A stretch of DNA of 64,000 bases, taken from positions 8,866,001 to 8,930,000 of the forward strand of contig NC_086098.1 of the NCBI RefSeq assembly GCF_963921235.1. The letters run 5' to 3'. This document shows, piece by piece, positions 11,636-23,146 of this stretch. The position numbers and the translations under genes are program-made. Every line of letters begins with the position of its first letter. Positions within the stretch are counted from its first letter, which is position 1. The notes under the pieces are model-generated. The model saw only the letters and a program-made list of their open reading frames with translations. It was not told the DNA's origin and searched no databases. This DNA comes from Mobula hypostoma (taxonomy: Eukaryota).

Positions 11636-11910
11636 ACAGCCAGAGCTCTCAGAACCACTTCCTGCAGTCTCAAAGTCAACTCTCACAACCACCACAAAGG
11701 AGGCTCCAGAACTGGGGGTTGTTTCACAGCCACAAGTCTCACCTGCCAAGCATAGTGACACTCCCTCGTCAGGAAAGACATTATCCCACAAGAGTAAGAA
11801 ATCCTCGACAGCAATTCAACTTTTAGGCCTGAATGGGACAATTTAAAATATACTTTGCTGTGGATATCTATATACAATATACTATGTATATAGTTGAGAT
11901 GCATTCTATA

Positions 11911-12226
11911 GTAAAGGCATCAGTTAGTCTTGCGAGACCATGGATCTGTGCCTGGAAAGTCTTCACTCTCCAGGGTGCAGGCCTGGGCAAGGTTGTATGG
12001 AAGACCAGCAGTTGTCCATGCTGCAAGTCTCCCCTCTCCACAACGCCAATGTTGTCCAAGGGAAGGTCACTAGGACCCATACAGCTTGGCACCAAAGTCG
12101 TTACAGAGCAATGTGTGGTTAAGTGCCTTGCTCAAGGACACAACACGTTCCCTCGGCTGGGGCTTGAACTCACGACCTTCACGTCGCTGGTCCAATGCCT
12201 TAACCACTTGGCCACGTGCCCACATT
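11911..12226 (-). mobile_element. tRNA-derived CORE-type SINE with 14-bp TSD
   Basis: Minus strand: A box TGGCCAAGTGG, B box GAGTTCAAGCC, CORE-like GTGTCCTTGAGCAAGGCACTTAACC. TSD AGATGCATTCTATA at 11897-11910 / 12227-12240. Confidence 0.85.
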
Positions 12227-13344
12227 AGATGCATTCTATATTGAGTTAGAATTTATAGGTAAGCAGGGAGGAGTGTTGTATTTAATATTTCAGCAACATT
12301 TGAGTAATATAGTGTTTCATTAAACATTCTTTGTTGCTTACATAATTTTTTATGGTTATATGTAAAAATGTTGAATTGTATACATCATAAGGCTACCACG
12401 TGATATGTCAACGCCTTGCTTAGTCAGGCTCACATTTCAGACCCCTCTGTTTGCCTTTCAATTAATTTTCTGTTTGGATTTCCACTTCCCAACGCTTGCC
12501 GTAGGTGAGACATTTCAGGTATTGACCTCCAGGGCCTTCAGCTGGATCGGTTCACCATCATTCCACACTCTCATCGTTGCAGAGAAAGCTACCAGGTGGA
12601 AAAGGATGACCTTATCCAGCTGAACGGGATAAAAGAGCAGAGTAGGGCAGCTTCAGGCCACGCAACTGCTTCACGTCGCTCGTGCCCAGATTTAGTACAA
12701 TGATTGGTGCAGTCCGAAGTCTGGGTCAAATTTGCAGAGTAGGCTTCCGCTAATCAGTCCAGATTCAGATTTATTTTCAGATCCAGATTTAGTTTTATGA
12801 ATCATATGTACACATTAGCATAGTGAAATGTGTCACCTGTCTTCACAACCAACACACTAGAGTGCAGCCCGCAAGTGTCACCACACATTCCAACGCCAAC
12901 ATAACATGCCCACAATGCTCGGTAGAATGACACAGAACACAGCGAGCAACAAAACAAACACAGCAAAACAAGCCCAATACCCTCTTCCACCCACCCATAC
13001 ACACACAGTCCTCTAAGTCCCGGGCATGCCTCCAATCTCCAAAGTCTAGGCTTCAACCATCATTGTGAATTCTGATCAACTCTGGGTTTCAATCTGTGGT
13101 ACCAAACCCCGTACTAGCAGATGACGGAACCCTGAGCTCCAGCCTTGAACTCCACCCGCTGAGCAGAGGCCTCATCTGCCACGTCAAGGGTGCACAAGTC
13201 AGAAGGGAATGGTAGAGAGAGGGAAAGGAAAACAGAGAGTGAGGGGGAAGAGGAGAGGAAGAAGGGAAGAGAACAATTAAATCTTAAAACCTGTAAATCA
13301 TAAAGAAGATTTAAGTAGCTTTTAATAAATTTCAACCTTGTCAA

Positions 13345-13690
13345 GTACCTGGAGTCGGGACTTTATGCTTAGGCTCTTGGTAGAGTCACCCATGCCTAAC
13401 AGGTCAAAGAGTAGAGGACAGACTAAGAGAGGTCCACCGGTCCTCCAGCTTCAGGGGATCAGCTCAGGGCTAACAACCCTGACTGGTAAAACAAATTGTG
13501 ACCGAAACAGCAATGAAGAATCATTCTGCATCTATGTGCGACAGCATCCCTGACTCTCCAACCAGGACTTCCATGACTGACAGTAGTGAAAACCGAGTGG
13601 AAGCTATTGACATGATGAAGGAAGCCTTGAACAACACCAGAGATGGAGGACTTTCATTGTTGCCGTAAACGTCAGTGGAGTAGCAGGTTG
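13345..13690 (+). mobile_element. Non-autonomous RTE-derived element (5' UTR-like part joined to 3' end-like part)
   Basis: GGGCTAACAACCCTGACTGGTAAAAC (RTE 5'-like) and GATGGAGGACTTTCATTGTTGCCGTAAACG (RTE 3'-like); recognised by eye only. Confidence 0.45.
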
Positions 13691-14534
13691 TAAATGAAAA
13701 TAATAATCTCATACTTAAATTGCTGCCTCCTTTAAAGCTTTACAGAAAGACCTTGTCAAGCAAGTTAAAAGCCAACAATTATAGCTTGTTAACTGTTTTT
13801 TTTATTTATTTACGTAGCTCTGACCCCAAAAGGTGGGCTAACATCTAGATAAGTACAACCACCTTAGAGTTCATAATCACCACTAGCATGTTGGTATTTA
13901 AAGAGAGACTCGTTTTTTCCATTACAAGTCAGTAACTGATTCAAGCTACTTGTTTATCATGAGTTGTCAATTCTATTCAAAGCCATTCAAACTCCCATTC
14001 ATGTCATTCTGCTGTTAATTGTTTCCAGACATCAGTTTGTGTATCACTTTTACCACAATCTCTCTAAAAGGCAGCCCAGTGAATCCACATATTCTATAAA
14101 ATTGTCAGGTAAGCAACTTGGTCAAGTAATAAGACAAAATCTTAACATAATCTATCAAACAAGTTTATACTCTGCCGGTGCAATATACCTTTAAAAAAGT
14201 AATTCACCACTGTCCTTTTTGAAACATGAACAGCTCACTAAAGCGAATGAACAGGTGTTATCTGATGAACGGCCTTAGTCATTGTGGTTAATAATATCAG
14301 TCTTCAAGTTGGCAGCTCATGTGGCTTATTTCAGTCACTATTTTAATCAATCTGTTAAAAACAATGTTCGGCCCTTAGATGGTTAAATAAAGATAAACGG
14401 CTTGTGGTCACATAACGTTGCGCGGTCTGACCCATTGGAAACCTCCTGCTGTTCACTTCCGGCTATTGTTTATAAATGCTGTTGAATAATACTGCAAATA
14501 ATTGACATATACATATGTCAGTGTATTAAGTGTA

Positions 14535-14680
14535 TCTATGTAGATATACAGATATATTGATAGCAATAGATAGAGATATAGATAGATAGAGATAGATATA
14601 TAAATAGATAGAGACAGAAATATGGATAGATACATAGATATAGATAGACATGGAGAAAGAGAGATGAGAGAGAGAGATAA
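14535..14680. repeat. (GATA/TATA/GA)n degenerate microsatellite
   Basis: Directly visible. Confidence 0.9.
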
Positions 14681-16320
14681 GCTTACACTCAATATCAGCA
14701 AGGCTAAGGAACACGTCGTGGTCTTCGGTAAGGGGAAGTCGGAGGACATACACCAATTCTCATCAAGGAGTCAGTGGTGGAAAGGGAGAGCAGCTTCAGG
14801 TTCCTGGGAGACAACATCTCAGCAGATCTGTCCTGAGCCCAACACGTTGATGCAGTTATTATGAAGACACACAAGCAGCTGTACCTCATTAGGAGGTTGA
14901 CAATATTTGTGTTTTTTTTTTACCAAAGATGCTTGCACGTTAAGCATTCAAGTCCTGCCGCAACTGTCAAGCATCCTTCAGTAATTTACGTTTGGTCTGG
15001 AACTGCCACTTTGCACATGAGAAGGCTTTTCAGAAATTGTACCTAGACCTCTTGTAACTTTCTTGATCCCCAGACCTGAATACCACGGATCTGGTCCTCA
15101 GTAGAACATGGATCTCATGGTTCATCCAGGGCTTCTGGTTGTGGAAAGACTGAGTGATTTTGTGGGTACATGCTCATCTACGACTGTTTTTATACAGTCT
15201 GTGATAACCATAGCTTATTCATTCAAATCCATTAAGAGTCCTTGAACACGGCCCAGTCCTTCGAATTGAAGCAATGTCATTGGTTTTCCTCTGCCTTCCA
15301 TGACCTCCTCTTTGTTGTCTTTAGCCTCTGCCTGTATGCAAGCAGGAGGAGAACAGCCAAGTGATCAGATTTCCTGAAAAGCTTTCTAGGCATGCAATAG
15401 TAGGCATTCCTTACTGTAGTATACCAGTGGTCTAGTATGTTGGCACCCCTGGAGCTGCAGATGATATGTTATTGATAAGTGGGCAGAGATTATTTCAAAC
15501 AAGCCTGTTTGAAGTCCCTAACAATGATTTGAAAGTTGTCAGGGTAAGCTGTTTCATGTTTGCTGATGGCTTCACTCAATACCTCGACTGCCTGCTTGAC
15601 GTCTGCCTTTTTGCAGCATGTAATCTGCAATTAGGATCATGGAGGACAACTCTCTTGGCAGGTAGAATGGGTATTACTTAATCATTAGACGTCCCAGGTT
15701 CAGGGAACATAAGTGCAACAGGACCACTGCGTCTGACTGCCACGTAGAGTTTAGCACAAAACACATGCCCCACCATTTGTTCTCTCCAATTCAGCAGCCT
15801 GCTCCATTCGGCATATTGAGAAGCCGCTGGATCTTACCAATGTATCCAGTGTGTCCGGAGTAAACCACGTCTCCATGAAGCACAGAACAAAGCAGTTTCT
15901 CATTTCCCTTATGTTGGATATGCTGTGTTGGTGCTGGAAGCGTAACAACACCTGTGGGCTGGCCCCAACAATTTTTCCCTTACGTCCTCAGTCTTGTTCT
16001 TCAGTGACTGTACATCTGCTTTATTCCCTAGCATTATTTAAGTCTGGCTTGGAGTCCAGTCCTCCCCTCCTCCCTGTCTTTCGGCCTTGGCGATGTGCCT
16101 TTGTACGCTTAAAGGTGCCATACCTGCATGCTTGAAAGTTCAGTCCATCGAGTCATTCAGAAGATAATAAAAATGCTTATTTGTTAAGACAGTATAAAAG
16201 CACTTAAAGGGAAATTCCAGGCTGCAGATTACAGTGAAAGTAGTTCAGAAGAAGTATATTTAGAAGTTTTGTAAACTGCCCGCAACCCATCGTTGTGAGT
16301 CACCAGTGTCATCTTGCAAT
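14680..16320. mobile_element. Degraded Rex1/Babar-like LINE fragments (RT tail on +, 14680-15040; endonuclease/5' region on -, 15060-16320)
   Basis: LTLNISKAKEHVVVF on the plus strand; RNCFVLCFMETWFTPD and GGACV on the minus strand. Confidence 0.55.
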
Positions 16321-16349
16321 GTCAGCTAAAGGTAAGACCTCCCTGTGAG

Positions 16350-17832
16350 CACAATAGACAATAGGTACAGGAGTAGGCCATTTGGCCCTTCAAGCCAGCA
16401 TCACCATTCACTGTGATCATGGCTGATCATCCACAATCAGTATCCAGTTCCTGCCTTATCCCCATAACCTTGGATTCCGCTATCTTTAAGAGCTCTATCC
16501 ATCTCTTTCTTGAAAACATCCAAAGACTTGGCCTCCACTGCCTTCTGGGGCAGAGCATTCCATATATCCACCACTCTCTGGGTGAAAAAGTTTTTCCTCA
16601 ACTCTGTTCTAAATGGCCTACCCCTAATTCTTAAACTGTGGCCTTTGGTTCTGGACTCACCCATCAGCGGGAACATGCTTCCTGCCTGCAGCGTGTCCAA
16701 TCCCCTAATAATTTTGCAACACACATCAAAGTTGCTGGTGAATGCAGCAGGCCAGGACGAAGGGTCTTGGCCTGAAACGTCGACTGCACCTCTTCCTAGA
16801 GATGCTGCCTGGCCTGCTGCGTTCACCAGCAACTTTGATGTGTGTTGCTTGAATTTCCAGCATCTGCAGAATTCCTGTTGTTTGCGCCCTTAATAATCTT
16901 ATATGTTTCAATAAGATCCCCTCCCAGCCTTCTAAATTCCAGAGTATACAAGCCCAGTCACTCCAATTTTTCAACATATGACAGTCCCGCCATCCCAGGA
17001 ATTAGCCTTGTGAACCTACGCTGCACTCCCTCAATAGCAAGAATGTCCTTCCTCAAATTTGGAGACCAAAACTGCACACAGTACTCCAGGTGTGGTCTCA
17101 CCAGGGCCCTGTACAGCTGCAGAAGGACGTCTTTGCTCTTATACTCAATTCCCCTTGTTATGAAGGCCAGCATGCCATTAGCTTTCTTCACTGCCTGCTG
17201 TACCTGCATACTTGCTTTCAGTGACTGATGTACAAGAACACCTAGATCTCGTTGTGCTTCCCCTTTTCCTAACTTGACTCCATTTAGATAATAATCTGCC
17301 TTCCCGTTCTTACCTCCAAAGTGGATAACCTCTCACTTACCCACAATAAAATGCATCTGCCCACTCACCCAGCCTGTCCAAGTCACCCTGTATTCTCATA
17401 ACATCCTCCTCACATTTTACGCTGCCACCCAGCTTTGTGTCATCGGCAAATTTGCTAATGTTACTTTTAATTCCCTCATCTAAATCATTAATATATATTG
17501 TAAACAGCTGCGGTCCCAGCACTGAACCCTGCGGTACCCCACGTGTCACCGCCTGCCATTCCGAAAGGGACCCGTTAATCGCTACTCTTTGTTTTCTGTC
17601 AGCCAGCCAATTTTCAATCCATGTCAGTACTCTGCCCCCAATACCATGTGCTCTAATTTTGCCACTAATTCTCCTATGTGGAACCTTATCAAAGGCTTTC
17701 TGAAAGTCCAGGTACACTACATCCACTGGCTCTCCCTTGTCCATTTTCATTGTTACATCCTCAAAAAATTCCAGCAGATTAGCCAAGCACGATTTCCCCT
17801 TCATAAATCCATGCTGACTCGGACCAATCCTG
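16350..17832 (-). mobile_element. 5'-truncated CR1 (RT to 3' tail)
   Basis: [42 protein letters not shown] on the minus strand; tail at ~16350. Confidence 0.92.
16713..16886 (+). mobile_element. Penelope-derived insertion with inverted arms and partial hammerhead motif
   Basis: Arms 16716-16756 and 16808-16848 are inverted repeats. TSD CCCCTAATAAT / CCCTTAATAAT at 16702-16712 / 16887-16897. Confidence 0.7.
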
Positions 17833-17967
17833 TAGCATGCAGGATTGTGAAGCATGCAGACATTGTGCGGAAAGGAGATCAACGGAATGACTTCTAAGGC
17901 TGAGCCAAACGCTGTGGTGGAGTAGAAGGGCAAGGACTGGGAGTGTGATATCCCCAGGATCGCTTGT

Positions 17968-18266
17968 GTGGCATGGAACTGGAGCAGTTGGCACCAGCTT
18001 TACAGCGACAGCAACCCGAGTTCAATTCCACCACAGTTTGCAAGGAGTTTGTACATTCTCCTCATGACCAAGTGGGTTTCCTCCCACATTCTAAAGACGG
18101 ACGGGCTAGGGTTAATAAGTTGTGGGTATGCTATGTTGGTGCTGGAAGCGTAACAACACCTACAGGCTGACCCCGAGCACAATCCTCAGACTGTGTTGGT
18201 CGTTGGCACAAAAGATGCATTTTACAGTATGTTTTGATGTACATGTGACAAATAAAAGCTAATCTT
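17968..18266 (+). mobile_element. HE1-like V-SINE
   Basis: B box GAGTTCAATTCC, V-domain-like GGAGTTTGTACATTCTCC...GTGGGTTTCCTCCCACA, tail GTGACAAATAAAAGC. Confidence 0.7.
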
Positions 18267-18469
18267 TAAATATTTAAAATAAGTGGGCTTGTAATCAGCT
18301 TGGATAATATTAGCAAAGCATTCCCTGTCAGAGATACAGAGAGAATCCTTGTGGGTGGAGTTAAGAAATTGCAAGTTTAAAAAAACTATTATGGAAATTG
18401 TATATAGGCCTCCAAATAGTAGTCAAGATGCGGGGTTAAGATTGCAAATGGAGCTGGAAAAGGCATGTA

Positions 18470-21400
18470 AAAGACAGGCGATTCTGTGGACGCAGGAAAG
18501 AAACACGGATGGTAGTTTGCCTCCTAGGTGCCAGGGTCCAGGATGTTTCTGATCGTGTCCACGATATCCTGAAGTGGGAAGGTGAACAGCCAGTGGTCGT
18601 GGTACATATTGGTACCAACAGCATAGGTAGGAAAAGGGAGGTGGTCCTGAAAACAGACTACAGGGAGTTAGGAAGGAAGTTGAGAAGCAGGACTTCAAAG
18701 GTAGTAATCTCGGGATTACTGCCTGTGCCATGCAGCAGTGAGTATAGGAATAGGGTGAGATGGAGGATAAATGCGTGGCTGAGGGATTGGAGCATAGGGG
18801 AGAGTTTCAGATTTCTGGATCATTGGGACCTCTTTTGAGGCAGGTGTGACCTGTACAAAAAGGACGGGTTGCACTTGAATCCGAGGGGGACCAATAACCT
18901 GGCAGGGAGGTCTGCTAAGGCTAGTGGGGAGAGTTTAAACTAGAATGGCTGGGGGGTGGGAACCATACTGAAGAGATGGAGGAAGGGGTGGTTGGCTCAA
19001 GAAACTGAGAAAGCTTGTAGACAGTGTAAGAGGGAGAATAGGCAGGTGATAGAGGAGGGATATGCCCAGACTGATGGTTTTAGATGCAGCTATTTTAATG
19101 TAAGGAGTATCATGAGCTAAGCAGATGAGCTTAGAGCATGGATCAGTACTTGGAGCTATGATGGCTCAGGAGTAGGAATGGCTACTTAGAGTGTCAGGCT
19201 TTAGATGTTTCAGAAAGGACAGGGAGGGAGGCAAAATAGGTGAGGGCATGGCACTGTTGATCAGAGATAGCGTCATGGCTGCAGAAAAGGAGGAAGACAT
19301 GGAGGGATTGTCTACGGAGTCTCTGTGGGTAGAAGTTAGGAAGAGGAAGGGCTCAATAACTCTACTGCATGTTTTTTTATAGACCACCCAATAGTAACAG
19401 GGACATCGAGAAGCAGATAGGGAGACAGATTAGGGAAAGGTGTAATAACAGGGATGTCATGGTGGGAGATTTTAATTTCCAAAATATTGATTGGCATCTC
19501 CCTAGAGCAAGGGGTTTAGATGGGGTGGAGTTTGTTAGGTGTGTTCAGGAAGGTTTCTTGACACAATATGTAGATAAGTCTACAAGAGGAGAGGCTATAC
19601 TTGATCTGGTGTTGGGAAATGAGCCTGCTCAGGTGTGAGGTCTGTCAGTGGGAGAGCATTTTGGAGATCGTGATCAGAATTCTATCTCCTTTATCATAGC
19701 ATTAGTGAGGGATAGGAACAGACAAGTTAGGAAAGTGTTTAATTGGAGTAAGGGGAAATATGAAACTATCAGGCAGGAACTTGGAGGCATAAATTGGGAA
19801 CAGATGTTCTCAGGAAAATGTACAGCAGAAATGTGGCAAATGTTCAGGGGATACTTGTGTGGCGTTCTGCACAGGTATGTTCCAATGAGACAGGGAAAGG
19901 ATGGTAGGGTATAGGAACCATGGTGTACAAAGGCTGTTGAAAATCTAGTCAAGAAGGAAAGAAAAGCTTACAAAAGATTCAAAAACTAGGTAATGATAGA
20001 GATCTAGAAAATTATAAGGCTGGCAGGAAGGAACTTAAGAATGAAATTAGGAGAGCCAGAAAGGGCCATGAGAAGGCCTTGGCGAGCAGAATTAAGGAAA
20101 ACGCCAAAGCATTCTACAAGCATGTGAAGAGCAAGAGGATAAGACATGAGAGAATAGGACCAATCAAGTGTGACAGTGGAAAAGTGCGTATGGAACTGGA
20201 GGAGATAGCAGAGGTACTTAATGAATACTTTGCTTCAGTATTCACTACGGAAAAGGACCTTGATGATTGTAGGGATGACTTACAGCAGACTGAAAAGCTT
20301 GAGCATGTAGATGTTAAGAAAGAGGATGTGCAGGAGCTCTTGGAAAGCATCAAGTTGGATAAGTCTCCGGGACCAGACGAGAAATACCCCAGGCTACTGT
20401 GGGAGGCGAGGGAGGAGATTGCAGAGCCTCTGGCAATGATCTTTGCATCATCAATGGGGACAGGAGAGGTTCCGCAGGATTGGAGGGATGTAGATGTTGT
20501 TCCCTTATTCAAGAAAGGGAGTAGAGATAGCCCAGGAAATTATAAAGTCTTACTTCATTGGGTTGGTAAGTTGATGGAAAGATGTTGAGAGGAAGGATTT
20601 ATGAACATTTGAAGAGGCATACTATTATTAGGAATAGTCAGCATGGCTTTATCAAAGGCAGGTTGTGCCTTACGAGCCTGATTGAATTTTTTTTGAGGAT
20701 GTGACTAAACACTTTAATGAAAGTAGAGCAGTAGATATAGTGTATATGGATTTCAGCAAGGCATTTGATAATGTACCCCATGCAAGGCTTATTGAGAAAG
20801 TAAGGAGGCACGGGATCCAAAGGGACATTGCTTTGTGGATACAGAATTGGGTTTCCCCCAGAAAGCAAAGAGTGATTGTAGACGGGTCATATTCTGCATG
20901 GAGGTTGGTGACCAGTGGTGTGCCTCAGGGATCTGTTCTGGGACCCCTTCTCTTTGTGATTTTTATAAATGACCTGGATGAGGAAGTAGAGGAATGGGTT
21001 AGTAAATTTGCTGATGACACAAAATTTGGGGTTGTTGCGGATAGTGTGGAGGGTTGTCAGAGGTTACAGCAGGACATTGATAGGATGTAAACCTGGGCTG
21101 AGAAGTGGCAGATGGAGTTCACCCAGATAAGTGTGAGGTGGTTCATTTTGGTAGGTCAAATATGATGGCAGAATATGGTATTAATGGTAAGACTGTTGGC
21201 AGTGTGGAGGATCAGAGTGATCTCGGGGTCCAAGTCCATAAAACACTCAAAGCTGCTGTGCAGCTTGACTGTGTGGTTAAGAGGGCATATGGTGCATTTG
21301 CCTTCATTAACCATGGGATTGAGTTCAAAAGCCAAGAGGTAATGATATAGCTATATAGCACCCTGCTCAGTTCTGCTCACCTCACTATAGGAAGAATGTG

Positions 21401-21895
21401 GAAACTATAGAAAAGGTGCAGAGGAGATTTACAAGAATGTTGCCTGGCTTGGGGAGCATGCGTTACGAGAATAGGTTGAGTGAACTCAGCCTTTTCTCCT
21501 TGGAGCAACAGAGGATGAGAGGTGACCTGATAAAGGTGTATAAGGTGATGAGAGGCATTGATTGGGTGGATAGTCAGAGGCTTTTTTCCCAGGGCTGATA
21601 TGGCTAACACAAGACGGCACAGTTTTAAGGTGCTTGGAAGTAGGTACAGAGGGGATGTCAGGGGTAAGTTTTTTTTATATATGCAGAGAGAGGTGAGTGC
21701 GTGGAATGGGCTGCTGGCGATGGTGATGGAGGCGAATACAATAGGGTCTTTTAAGGGACTCCTGGATCAGTACATGGAGCTTAGAAAAATAGAGGGCTAT
21801 GGGTAATACTGGATAATTTGTAAAGTACATGTTCGGCACAGCATTGTGCTCCGAAGGGCCTGTATTGTGTTGTAGGTTTTATATGTTCTATGCTC
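18470..21895 (+). mobile_element. Older CR1 subfamily, ORF1 C-terminus to 3' tail, many disablements
   Basis: HIGTN and FLDHWDLF (ORF1); [40 protein letters not shown] (ORF2); tail at ~21880. Confidence 0.9.
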
Positions 21896-21899
21896 TATT

Positions 21900-23146
21900 A
21901 GGGTAATGACATAATTGTAATGGAGGACTTCAATGTGCAAGGGGATTGGGGTCAGATCGCAAGAGAGGGAATTTGTTGAATGCCCACGAGGTGGCTTTTT
22001 AGAGCAGCTTGTGCTTGAGACTACTCGGGGAAAGGCTATCTTAGATTGGGTGTGGTGTAATAACTCAATTTATTAAGGAGCTTAACTTAAAAGAACCCTT
22101 AGAATGTAGTGATCATAATATGATTGAATTCATATTGCAATTTGAGAGGGAGGAGCATAAGTCGCATGTATCAGTATCACAATGGAATAAAGGGAATTAC
22201 AGAGGCAGCAGAGAGGAGCTTGCCCAGGTGAGGATGATGGCAAAGCAGAGGTGGTTGAAGTTTCCTAGAATAGATCACAAGGTGCAGGAGAGAGATGTCC
22301 CACACAGGAAGAAGTTTTCAAATGGCAGGGGTAGGCAACCGTGGCTGACGAAGGAATTTAAGGACTGCATAAAAGCTGAGGAAAGAGCTTATATGGTTAT
22401 AAAAGTGAGTGGGAAGTTGGATGATTGGAAAGCTTTTAAATTCCAACAAAAGGCAACTAAAAAACATATCAGAAGGGAAAAGATGAAATATGAGGGCAAA
22501 TTAGCCAATATATAAAGCACGATAACAAATGTTTTTTTCAGTTATATAAAGAGTGAAAGAGAGGTGAGAGTTGATATTGGACCACTGGAAAATGATGCTG
22601 GTGTGGTAGTAATGAGGGACAAAGAAATGGCAGATAAACTTAATCGATACTTTGCATCTATCTACACTGTGGAAGGCACTAGCAACGTGCCAGAAGTCCA
22701 TGAGCTTGAGGGAGCAGAAGTGAGTGCCATTGCTATTATAACTCATCAGTTAATATCTCATCAGGGGTGATTGATAAGTTCGCGGCCTAAGGTGGAAAAC
22801 CTCCTGCATAATCACTCAGAGTTGACCTGCATGTGCATCTAATGAGAGCTGTATAACTCATCTCCTTCTACCTTAGGCCATGAACATATCAATTACCCAC
22901 CTGTGGACATTTTCTGGAGGTCCAAGATCCGTATGCTCCACGACGCTGGACTAAGTGTGTAAATGTAGGAGGGAACTATGTTGAAAATAAATGTGCTAGG
23001 TTTTCTAAAATTGACTCCTTCTACCTTAGGCCACAAACGTATGAATCACCCCTCGTATGGTGTTACAGGAAAGATACTGGCATGGATAGAGGAATGGCTG
23101 ACAGGCAGGAGGCAGCAAGTGAGAATAAAAGGGGCCTTTTCTGGTT
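21900..23146 (+). mobile_element. Degraded CR1 ORF2 fragment interrupted by a mariner MITE
   Basis: SDHNMIEF, QPWLTKE, LNRYFAS; resumes at 23057 with GVTGKILAWIEEWL. Confidence 0.75.
22763..23055 (+). mobile_element. Mariner-family MITE with transposase C-terminal remnant
   Basis: TIRs AGGGGTGATTGATAAGTTCGCGGCCTAAGGT / ACCTTAGGCCACAAACGTATGAATCACCCCTCG followed by TA. Encodes WTKCVNVGGNYVE, a mariner-type C-terminus. Confidence 0.75.

Larger units (their letters stand above)
8720..12420 (+). mobile_element. Decayed Gypsy/Ty3 LTR retrotransposon (gag, protease, pol C-terminal tail, PPT, start of 3' LTR) with nested insertions
   Basis: Gag start ATG 8870 (MAGYI) resumes at ~9320 (KWIL..EQIEQFFKAN..ILLSAL). 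Zinc knuckle CRKCHKVGHV; protease MELDTASAVSVIP, continuing at 10441-10565 and 10740-10910. Pol tail with ERHYPTRVRNP at ~11775-11810. Purine tract AAGCAGGGAGGAG 12261-12273 is followed by TGTTGTA (12274). Confidence 0.8.

Noticed and set aside
12150..12226. tRNA genes (also ~44545-44616 and ~33850-33920)
   Set aside because: tRNA-like heads of SINEs, followed by SINE bodies and TSDs; no intact cloverleaf.
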